Source: an uncultured marine group III euryarchaeote
GTDB taxonomy: Archaea > Thermoplasmatota > Poseidoniia > MGIII > CG-Epi1
Direction of reading: 5' to 3'
Length of the DNA stretch: 54,804 bases
Assembly: GCA_902533295.1 (NCBI GenBank)
Contig: CACALG010000002.1
Location: 1 to 54,804 of the forward strand
Below, one piece after another: positions 25,822-33,678 of this stretch. Position numbers and translations under genes: made by a program. The notes beneath the pieces are model-generated. The model saw only the letters and a list, made by a program, of their open reading frames with translations, had not been told where the DNA came from and did no database searches. Position 1 is the first letter of the stretch. Each line of letters begins with the position of its first letter.

Positions 25822-27553
25822 CTAATTTGGGATCTATATCTTCAAGTGCACGATTATAATAAGAAAAGTCTTTGCTTTGAGCTTTCAGAACTAATGCCTT
25901 CCCAACCAGAGCATCAGGACTAGAAATATCGCAACCTAAAGCAGATTCGAAGTAACTATTTGCATCACTATAATTGTCCATTTCATAAGAACACCAACCT
26001 GCTGATATCCAACCCTCAATTTTGTTAGGATCTAAATCTATAGCTTTTTTAGAAACTTTAAGAGCTTCATCCTCTTTTTTCAAACTTCTTAAACAGTCAA
26101 TCTTAATTATTAAATCTTGAAAATTATTATCATGTAAGAAGTCTAGTGCAAGCTCAGGATATTCAGCGGCCAATTTATAACCAATCAAAGATGAAATTTC
26201 TTTATTAGTACTAAAACTTGAGAAAATAGAATCAATACTATTGTGAATTTCTTTAGAATCCATAACCTGAAACAACAACTTATGACCTGTTATTGATTCA
26301 GGATCGATATCTAAACCTCTTTGAATTGTATCTCTAGCTTCATCAATTTTATCATAATCAATCAAAATTCTTGCTTTCCTAAAATAAGGCCTACTATTTT
26401 CCGAAGCTATAGTAATCGCATTTGTATATTGCCGTATACCTTCATGAACAACTCCTGCTTTCTCAAGTATTCGGCCTTTTTCAATCCAATCCAAATCTCT
26501 CATTCTATTACGTGATAAAACATCCTGAGCCCGGACTGCTTCATCATAACATTGCAATGCTCGTCTTCTATTGTTTAACTCTAGATTAACATCGCCTAAT
26601 GCTATCCAACAGGGCACATGTTGTCCATCAACTGAAAGACCTAGATTGATAATTTGGCGGGCTTTATCTAAAAGATTTAATTTCATAAAACAACGACAAA
26701 GTGCTTCATGATAATCTGGGTCTTCATCGTCTAACTCGATTGATGTTTCTATATATTCTAAACCTTCTTCAGGTCTATTCAGATGTGTTAGAGCCCTTCC
26801 CTTAGCCATCCAAGCATAATGAAAAGTTGAATCTAGTTCAATCGCTTTCTCATGATAAGGAATTGATTCTTCGTATCTGTGTAAGTGATCCAATGCATTG
26901 CCTATATTGTTAACTGCTATTACATAATCAGGATCTAAGGCTAAAGATTTCTTATAAATCTCAATACTAAGTTCATATTGGCCCTGATTATAATGAACAT
27001 TTGCCAAATTATTCCAAGCTATTTTATCATCAGGATCTAATTCTACAGCTCTCTGATAATAATCCTTTGATTCGTTTAAGCGACCTGATAATTGTAAAGT
27101 GTATCCATAATTGTACCAAGCAACGGCGTAACTAGGGTCTGAACGCATAGACTCATCATAGCATCTCAAAGCCTCATTCCAACGATTGATATTGAAATTT
27201 GCAAAACCTCTGTTATTCCATGCGGGTGCATTTTTAGGTTCTAATTCCAAAGAACGAGCATATGATTGAATTGCATCTTCAAATTGGCCTAATCGCTGGA
27301 AAGAATCTCCTAAACGCATATGGTATCTTGAAACATCAGGGGCAAGCTCACAAGCTTTAGTATAATATTCTTGAGCTTTAGTGGAATTGCCTTGAGACAT
27401 TTCAAGCATCCCAAGACGATTATGCATTTGTGGATCTTCAGGTGCTAAAGCCAGAGCATCGAGAAATTTTATTCTTGCCTTTTTAATATCTCCATCATCA
27501 ATAAAATTCTCTCCCAACCTGACTAAATCAATGATATCCATATTATTCCTCAA
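25814..27553 (-). CDS. Tetratricopeptide-repeat protein (579 aa)
   Basis: Repeated W-x2-[LG]-G-x3-...-A-x3-[FY]-x2-[AS]-[LI]-x2-[DN]P units throughout (for example AWNNRGFANF...ALRCYDESMRSDP). Confidence 0.85.
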   Translation of the reverse strand: MRNNMDIIDLVRLGENFIDDGDIKKARIKFLDALALAPEDPQMHNRLGMLEMSQGNSTKAQEYYTKACELAPDVSRYHMRLGDSFQRLGQFEDAIQSYARSLELEPKNAPAWNNRGFANFNINRWNEALRCYDESMRSDPSYAVAWYNYGYTLQLSGRLNESKDYYQRAVELDPDDKIAWNNLANVHYNQGQYELSIEIYKKSLALDPDYVIAVNNIGNALDHLHRYEESIPYHEKAIELDSTFHYAWMAKGRALTHLNRPEEGLEYIETSIELDDEDPDYHEALCRCFMKLNLLDKARQIINLGLSVDGQHVPCWIALGDVNLELNNRRRALQCYDEAVRAQDVLSRNRMRDLDWIEKGRILEKAGVVHEGIRQYTNAITIASENSRPYFRKARILIDYDKIDEARDTIQRGLDIDPESITGHKLLFQVMDSKEIHNSIDSIFSSFSTNKEISSLIGYKLAAEYPELALDFLHDNNFQDLIIKIDCLRSLKKEDEALKVSKKAIDLDPNKIEGWISAGWCSYEMDNYSDANSYFESALGCDISSPDALVGKALVLKAQSKDFSYYNRALEDIDPKLVI

Positions 27554-28667
27554 TTATTTTATTAATCCTCTCTATTGCAATATTAGTATCTTTTTTCAAT
27601 TTTTCCCATTCATCTCCTCCATGTTCTCTAGGATCTGGTTTGTGCTCAAGTGCCATTTCATAGCATTCTAGTGCTTCTCGTGGCCTATCAAGTAATTCTA
27701 AAACATATCCTTTGTTGTGCCATGCCCAAGAATAATCTTTCTTCAGAACAATTGCTCTATCATAACAATCCAATGACTCCTCAAGTCGATTAAGTTGTCT
27801 AAGTGTCACTCCTCTATTATTCCAAGCACTTCTATTCTTAGGATTTAATTCGGTCGATTGCTTAAATGCGTTAAGTGCTTCGTTCAAATCACCAACCCGA
27901 AATAGTGCTTTACCCAAATTAAACCAACAAACTGCATACTTAGGATTAGAAACAAGAGCTCTACGATAACTATCAATTGCTTTGTGATTATAACCTAAAC
28001 GAGTAAGAGCTACGCCTCTATCATTGTAAATTACTTCATCCTCCACTAGTAGACTTTTATTAATTGACTCAGATGCTGCTTTATATTCTTCTAATTCATC
28101 ATGCGATTTACCTTTAGCTGCAAGTACTTCATTATCTCTTGGTCTAAAATCTAAAACTTTGTCAAACAAATCAAGAGCTTCTCTATAGTTACCAAGAACA
28201 TGAAGAATTTTCCCTTTTTGATACAAAGAATCTCGATGTTTAGAATTTTGTTCCAGAATTTTGTCAAATTCAATTAGAGCTTCGTCATATTTACCAGTCT
28301 CGCGTAATGCTTTTCCCTTAAGAAAATGGGCTTCAATATAGTTATGATTTTGTTTCAATGATTTAGCAGAGAAATCCAAGGCTTTTTCTAATTTGCCCAT
28401 GCCTAAATATGCTAACCCAATATCCTTGTAAAGTATGTCTTTTTTCTTAATTTTAGAATCTAAAGCATGTAATATTTTTAATGCCTGAACATAATCCTTA
28501 GATCTTAAAAAAATTTTAGCTAGCTCATGATTCAGATTCTTACTATCTGGCTTTAATTCCAATGCTTTGCGTATTGATTTTTCAGCCTTCTTGTAATCCT
28601 TCAATTTGCTATAAGAAATCGCAGCTAATTTGAGCTCATGAATTTGGCTATTTGTTGATTCAGGCAC
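27543..28667 (-). CDS. Tetratricopeptide-repeat protein (374 aa)
   Basis: The same TPR consensus throughout (AWNNRGVTLRQLNRLEESLDCYDRAIVLKKDY...). Overlaps the downstream TPR gene by 11 nt. Confidence 0.85.
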   Translation of the reverse strand: MPESTNSQIHELKLAAISYSKLKDYKKAEKSIRKALELKPDSKNLNHELAKIFLRSKDYVQALKILHALDSKIKKKDILYKDIGLAYLGMGKLEKALDFSAKSLKQNHNYIEAHFLKGKALRETGKYDEALIEFDKILEQNSKHRDSLYQKGKILHVLGNYREALDLFDKVLDFRPRDNEVLAAKGKSHDELEEYKAASESINKSLLVEDEVIYNDRGVALTRLGYNHKAIDSYRRALVSNPKYAVCWFNLGKALFRVGDLNEALNAFKQSTELNPKNRSAWNNRGVTLRQLNRLEESLDCYDRAIVLKKDYSWAWHNKGYVLELLDRPREALECYEMALEHKPDPREHGGDEWEKLKKDTNIAIERINKIIEE

Positions 28668-28743
28668 GATGCCCCATAATAGGTCAATAAAAAGTAATCG
28701 AAGCGCTGAGAAGTTTATTTAATACCTAATTAATGACTTAGTA

Positions 28744-30267
28744 ATGGCTGTTAACCTAGATGGTAATTCCTTAACCATCAACAAATTAGTGAATGTTGCG
28801 CGCAATAATGAAAATATTAGCATTGGAAAAGAGGCTTGGAAAAGAATTGATGATTGCAGAAACATGCTTCAAAGTAAAATAGATGCACATGAAATCATGT
28901 ATGGAATAACCACTGGTATTGGTGAATTCTCTGAAGTAACATTAACACCTGAACAAACCCAAGAATTTCAAGAATTATTGGTCAGAAATCATGCTGCAGG
29001 TATTGGAGAACCGATGGAACTTGAACTTGTTAGGGGAGCTATGTGTGGTCGTATAAATGTACATGTAAAAGGTTATTCTGGAGGCAGGAAACAAATAACT
29101 GAATATCTGAAGGATGTACTAAATCACCAAATTACTCCTGTAGTTTGTGAGAAAGGTTCTGTTGGAGCTTGTGGTGACTTAGCACCAATGTCCCAAATTG
29201 CACTAGCACTAATGGGTGAAGGTGAAATGTTTGTAAATGGAAATAGAACCAATTCTAAAAAAGCTCTGAGAGAGATTGGATTAGAACCTTTAGAACTCAA
29301 AGCAAGAGATGGATTGGCTCTAATTAATGGAAGTAATGTTCTCACAGCTTTAGCAGCACTTATACTCTATGATGCAGAAAGATGGATGAAGATGCATGAT
29401 ATTGCAGCCGCTATGACTTTGGAAGCTCTGAAAGCCAATATGAAACCATATGACAAACGAATACATTCACTTAGGGGATTTCAAGGCTCACAAAAGATAG
29501 CTAACAATTTAAATTTATTAACCGCTGATTCTGAAATATTATTTAGTGGTGAGAAGAAAGTTCAAGACGCATATTCAATGAGATCAACTCCTCAAGTAGC
29601 TGGAACATTGAGAGATTCACTCGAATTTGCAAGAACTCAAGTAGAAACTGAGCTAAATGGTGTTGGAGATAATCCTATATTTTTGACAAAAGAAAAGGAA
29701 GTTCTAACTGGAGCAAACTTCCAGGGGAGCCCTATTGCTTTGCCCATGGAAATGATTGGAACTGGATTAAGTATGGTAGCAGTCTTATCTGAAAGACGAT
29801 TAAACCGATTAACAAATCCTGCATTATCAGTCGGACTACCTCCATTTTTGACAGAAAAACCTGGTTTGCATTCTGGCATGATGTTATCTCAATACACTGC
29901 TGATGCTTTAATCGTAGAAACTAGGATACTATCTCATCCTGCTGCGAATCAATCAATTCCTGCGGCTGCAGATCAAGAAGATTTTGTTTCTATGGGGTTA
30001 ACTACGTGTCAGAAGGTAAAGCAAATTATGGATAATTGTTTTGCAGTATTAGGTATTGAAATGATGGCTGCTGCACAAGCTCTAGATATAAGAAAAGGAA
30101 AGCTTGGTAAAGGAACTTCAATTGCTCATAAAGTGATAAGGAAATATGTTGATTATCTCGATGAAGACAGACCGCTCTACAAAGACCATAACACAATGGT
30201 AGAACTACTAAAATCTAATGAAATACTAGAAACTGTAGAGAATGAACTAGGAAAAAAGCTAGCCTAA
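28744..30267 (+). CDS. hutH: MIO-dependent histidine/aromatic amino-acid ammonia-lyase family protein (HAL-like)
   Basis: Family-wide motifs YGITTGIGEF, LVRNHAAGIG, GSVGACGDLAPMS (MIO loop, with Cys in place of Ser), LALINGS, QDAYSMRSTPQV, GNFQGSP. 507 aa. Confidence 0.85.
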   Translation: MAVNLDGNSLTINKLVNVARNNENISIGKEAWKRIDDCRNMLQSKIDAHEIMYGITTGIGEFSEVTLTPEQTQEFQELLVRNHAAGIGEPMELELVRGAMCGRINVHVKGYSGGRKQITEYLKDVLNHQITPVVCEKGSVGACGDLAPMSQIALALMGEGEMFVNGNRTNSKKALREIGLEPLELKARDGLALINGSNVLTALAALILYDAERWMKMHDIAAAMTLEALKANMKPYDKRIHSLRGFQGSQKIANNLNLLTADSEILFSGEKKVQDAYSMRSTPQVAGTLRDSLEFARTQVETELNGVGDNPIFLTKEKEVLTGANFQGSPIALPMEMIGTGLSMVAVLSERRLNRLTNPALSVGLPPFLTEKPGLHSGMMLSQYTADALIVETRILSHPAANQSIPAAADQEDFVSMGLTTCQKVKQIMDNCFAVLGIEMMAAAQALDIRKGKLGKGTSIAHKVIRKYVDYLDEDRPLYKDHNTMVELLKSNEILETVENELGKKLA

Positions 30268-31781
30268 TTATTTGTAAACTCTATTATTGCTTCACGCACT
30301 ACCTTAACTATCAGATCTATTTCTTCAGATGTTATCCAAAAATGTGGTGTGAAACGAAGAGCATTCGTACCGCCATGAATTACACCTAAACCTCTACGGC
30401 GGCACCAAGGTTCAACCGCATCAAAGCCAATAACTGGCAAAATATCCGGTTTTAATTCAATACTACACAACAGACCTGTGCCCTGAACTTTAACAACATA
30501 TTCTGGAAATTCCTTTGCTAATATATTTAATTTTTCTACAAATTCAATTCCTCGAACTCGAATGTTTTTCCGTAATTCGGGAGTTATATTCTCAAGAACT
30601 GCCGTAGCTGTTTCAAGTGCACGGGGGTTAGTTGTCATAGTATTACCATAGATTCCAGTAACATAGAGATCTGATGCCCTAGAATTCATACCTAATACTG
30701 AAAATGGATATTGGCCCGCATTAACTGCCTTGGACCAGGTTTCAAGATCTGGCTCTTCACAATCTTGGAAACCATCATAGTCAATTATTGAAAGGCATCC
30801 TTGACCTCTAATTCCTGCTTGAATAGAATCAATCAAAAGTAATGAACCATGTGATTTGGTTAATTTCCTAGCTTCATCATAAAATTCTCGACTAATACAT
30901 TGTCCAGGATTACCTTCTCCTTGAACTGGTTCTATAGCCATTAATTCTATGAAAACATTATCTTTTTCGGCCTTTGCAAAAACGTCTCTAAGCGCTTGAA
31001 CATTATTTGGCGGAACAAGATAAAGATTATCTCTATCTCTGAATGAAGCCAAATTTTTGTCGTAACTGTCTTTACAAGAGTGTGACATTTGTGCAGGACG
31101 ATCTGTCCTTCCATGAAACCCTTGCTCTATTGCAAGAAGTTTAATCTCTTTACCCTCGTGCCTACCTCCAGGCGATGTTAACCTATTCGAATTAACATCG
31201 GCTATACGTAAACTAACAGTTACTGATTCGGAACCACTATTCATACATATGAAATGTGTAAAAGGGCAATGTCCTCTAGTATGGCCAAGTTCCTGTCTCA
31301 AATTATCATCAAGGCGTTTTTGTGAGAAAGAAGGCGTCATTACATTAGCCATGACCCAATTTTTTGACATTGTATCAATAACTGAATCGGGACCATGTCC
31401 TGAACCAAGCATTCCGTAACCACCATTGTCATGGACTACCGCTCCATGTGAAGTTACAATCCAAGGTCCTTTTGCTGCAATTGCAATGTATTGGTTTACT
31501 GTTGCAGGTTTATAGAAATTAACAAATCCACTCTGTAAATCCTTGATTAAAGAAGACTCGCTCTGCATTAGTAAATCGGTACCAAATTCTTCGCGAAGAA
31601 CATGATGATAATCATATGCTTGATCTATTGCTGTTACTAAATTAGAATCTAAAGAAAGAAATTTGGAAATCTCTGAATCACTGAGCCCTATAGTATCCGC
31701 TTCTCCACTATTCTTTCGAATATCCTCTAACTTAGGCAGTGATGCTTCAGAAGAATCGGTAGTACTAGCACTTGCGGCCAT
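30264..31781 (-). CDS. Class-III (omega-type) PLP-dependent aminotransferase with an N-terminal extension of about 100 aa
   Basis: NSGSESVTVSLRIA, FHGRT, EPVQGEGN, LLIDSIQAGIRGQG, and SKAVNAGQYP (candidate PLP lysine). The stop overlaps the HAL stop (CTAA). Confidence 0.8.
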   Translation of the reverse strand: MAASASTTDSSEASLPKLEDIRKNSGEADTIGLSDSEISKFLSLDSNLVTAIDQAYDYHHVLREEFGTDLLMQSESSLIKDLQSGFVNFYKPATVNQYIAIAAKGPWIVTSHGAVVHDNGGYGMLGSGHGPDSVIDTMSKNWVMANVMTPSFSQKRLDDNLRQELGHTRGHCPFTHFICMNSGSESVTVSLRIADVNSNRLTSPGGRHEGKEIKLLAIEQGFHGRTDRPAQMSHSCKDSYDKNLASFRDRDNLYLVPPNNVQALRDVFAKAEKDNVFIELMAIEPVQGEGNPGQCISREFYDEARKLTKSHGSLLLIDSIQAGIRGQGCLSIIDYDGFQDCEEPDLETWSKAVNAGQYPFSVLGMNSRASDLYVTGIYGNTMTTNPRALETATAVLENITPELRKNIRVRGIEFVEKLNILAKEFPEYVVKVQGTGLLCSIELKPDILPVIGFDAVEPWCRRRGLGVIHGGTNALRFTPHFWITSEEIDLIVKVVREAIIEFTNN

Positions 31782-31825
31782 TATTTATATAAGAAATATA
31801 TGCCCTAATTAAACTATTCTATAAA

Positions 31826-32239
31826 CTAAGAAGCTAGTTTAAGCATATTCACAAATGTTGGTAACTCCTCTACGGTACTTATATCTTTAGAACACAAAGC
31901 CGATAATTCTTTCCTTACTCGTAGATTAGGAGATAAATCACATGATTCACCATAATTCTTGAGACGGGTGGCTAATTTTTCTCCTGTACGATCCCAATCC
32001 ATTAAAATAACAAAATTAGAGCCTCGACCATATTTCTGAACTAAATTCTCTACAGTAGAAAGTACTGATTTACCATCATTTAATTCTACCAAATTACCGC
32101 TATATCCTAGGTTTCGTAAAGCTGCTGTATCTCTCTTACCTTCTACAATAACTGGAGCGTTAATCGCTTTCAATGAATCCCAAATTCTATTAAATGATTC
32201 CAAACGCTCTTGACTGCTATGTCTTCCTTTCTTAACCAT
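31826..32239 (-). CDS. Small Toprim-domain protein (archaeal COG1658 / RNase M5-like family)
   Basis: VIVEGKRDTAALRNLGY (conserved Glu) and ILMDWDRTGEKL (DxD) Toprim motifs in a 137-aa protein. Confidence 0.7.
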   Translation of the reverse strand: MVKKGRHSSQERLESFNRIWDSLKAINAPVIVEGKRDTAALRNLGYSGNLVELNDGKSVLSTVENLVQKYGRGSNFVILMDWDRTGEKLATRLKNYGESCDLSPNLRVRKELSALCSKDISTVEELPTFVNMLKLAS

Positions 32240-32295
32240 TCAGTTGATTGGAATAATATGGACTGGGGGTCTTAAGTTAAGCCATCTGCTGAACC

Positions 32296-33015
32296 GTGAT
32301 GATTAAGGTTCAGGGCTTAACCAAATATTACGGGAGTAAGCCTGCTGCAAAAGACATCACTTTTGAAGTACAAAAAGGAGAAGTTTTTGGGTTACTAGGT
32401 ACTAATGGTGCCGGGAAATCAACCACTATCAAGATGTTATGTGGCCTTCTAAAACCTACAAGAGGATTGATAAAAATTGGAGATATTGACCTTAATAGAA
32501 CCCCATTGAAAGCTAAATCATTAATGGGATACCTTCCTGAGAATCCATTAATTTATGACAAACTTACAGGTGCTGAAACTCTAGAACTAATTGGTAAACT
32601 TAGAAAATTATCAAATGAAATGATTGAACAGCGAGTCAAATATTATGCTGAAACTTTAGGACTAGGTGAACAAATTTATCATGAAGTTGGCACATATTCA
32701 AAAGGTATGAGACAAAAATTAGCTATCGCAATGACCTTAATTCATGATCCTGAAATGATATTACTAGATGAACCTGCAAGTGGACTTGACCCGAGATATG
32801 CCAAACTTCTAAAAGATTGGATTAAAAATTTGTCTGCGAATGGAAGAACTGTATTGCTTTCCACCCATATTATTGAGATGGCTGAAACATTATGTAACAG
32901 AATTGGCATCATAGATCAAGGGAAATTAATGACAATTGGAACTGTTAATGAAATTCAAACCAGTACTGGTGTAACAAATCTTGAAGATGCCTTTATTCGA
33001 TTGATAAGTGCGTAG
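32296..33015 (+). CDS. ABC transporter ATP-binding protein (ABC-2/DrrA-like NBD)
   Basis: Walker A GTNGAGKST, signature YSKGMRQKL, Walker B ILLDEPASGLD, H-loop STHI. No permease gene adjacent. Confidence 0.9.
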   Translation: MMIKVQGLTKYYGSKPAAKDITFEVQKGEVFGLLGTNGAGKSTTIKMLCGLLKPTRGLIKIGDIDLNRTPLKAKSLMGYLPENPLIYDKLTGAETLELIGKLRKLSNEMIEQRVKYYAETLGLGEQIYHEVGTYSKGMRQKLAIAMTLIHDPEMILLDEPASGLDPRYAKLLKDWIKNLSANGRTVLLSTHIIEMAETLCNRIGIIDQGKLMTIGTVNEIQTSTGVTNLEDAFIRLISA

Positions 33016-33637
33016 AAGTACGCTTTTGGCATTCTTTGATAATTTTTTTAGCCCATTGGAGTTTCTCAAGCTTTCGAGGGCTGTATTCACCTGTAAATTC
33101 ACCAATCTTTTCAAAATTAAAACCTACTAGTCTTACTGAATTACATTCTAAAGAAAGACACATCATCAGAGAACGATCTCCATCTGTAAAGCCACCCCAA
33201 CTGAATGTATGAGGTGAGGGGTATGTTGTGGTTATACATTTGGGCTTTATTTGATTAGAATAGAGACTAACGCGAGAAAGATTATCTCCATGTGCATGTA
33301 TGATTACATTCGAACCATTCTGACTTGCCCAAACAATATCTGGAATATAACCATCTAAATCACTAATGATCCATTCTGGAATGATATCTCTTTTCAAACT
33401 AGCCCGCAAAGCCCCATCGGCTACAATTAAATTTTCATTTGGTAATTCTGATGATTCACTAAGACCAGCACCAACTACAACAAAATCTCTTCCTACAAAT
33501 GAAGATTTTATGGATGATTTAGTAAAGGTTAGTCGTGAAACAAGTTTAGCTGCTAGCTCCTCTCGAACTTTTGAAAATTGGAACTGTGAATTAATTTCAT
33601 CTTGAAATTTCCACCACCAATCTATCTCAAAAGTCAA
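32993..33637 (-). CDS. mptE: MptE-like 6-hydroxymethyl-7,8-dihydropterin pyrophosphokinase (DUF115 family)
   Basis: FVVVGAGLS, ADGALRA, ISDLDG and IIHAHGDN appear in the order characteristic of archaeal MptE/DUF115. Confidence 0.55.
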   Translation of the reverse strand: MTFEIDWWWKFQDEINSQFQFSKVREELAAKLVSRLTFTKSSIKSSFVGRDFVVVGAGLSESSELPNENLIVADGALRASLKRDIIPEWIISDLDGYIPDIVWASQNGSNVIIHAHGDNLSRVSLYSNQIKPKCITTTYPSPHTFSWGGFTDGDRSLMMCLSLECNSVRLVGFNFEKIGEFTGEYSPRKLEKLQWAKKIIKECQKRTSTHLSIE

Positions 33638-33678
33638 GACTAGACCAAAGCTTTTGACGAAATATAATCGTTCCTATC

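Noticed and set aside
31826-33015. Toprim protein next to an ABC ATPase as a possible OLD/PARIS/Gabija-like defence pair
   Set aside because: The two genes are divergently transcribed. The ATPase is a classical transporter-type ABC-2 NBD of 239 aa, not an AAA_15/21 or SMC-like defence ATPase. The 137-aa Toprim protein matches the widely conserved archaeal housekeeping family. The missing permease remains unexplained.
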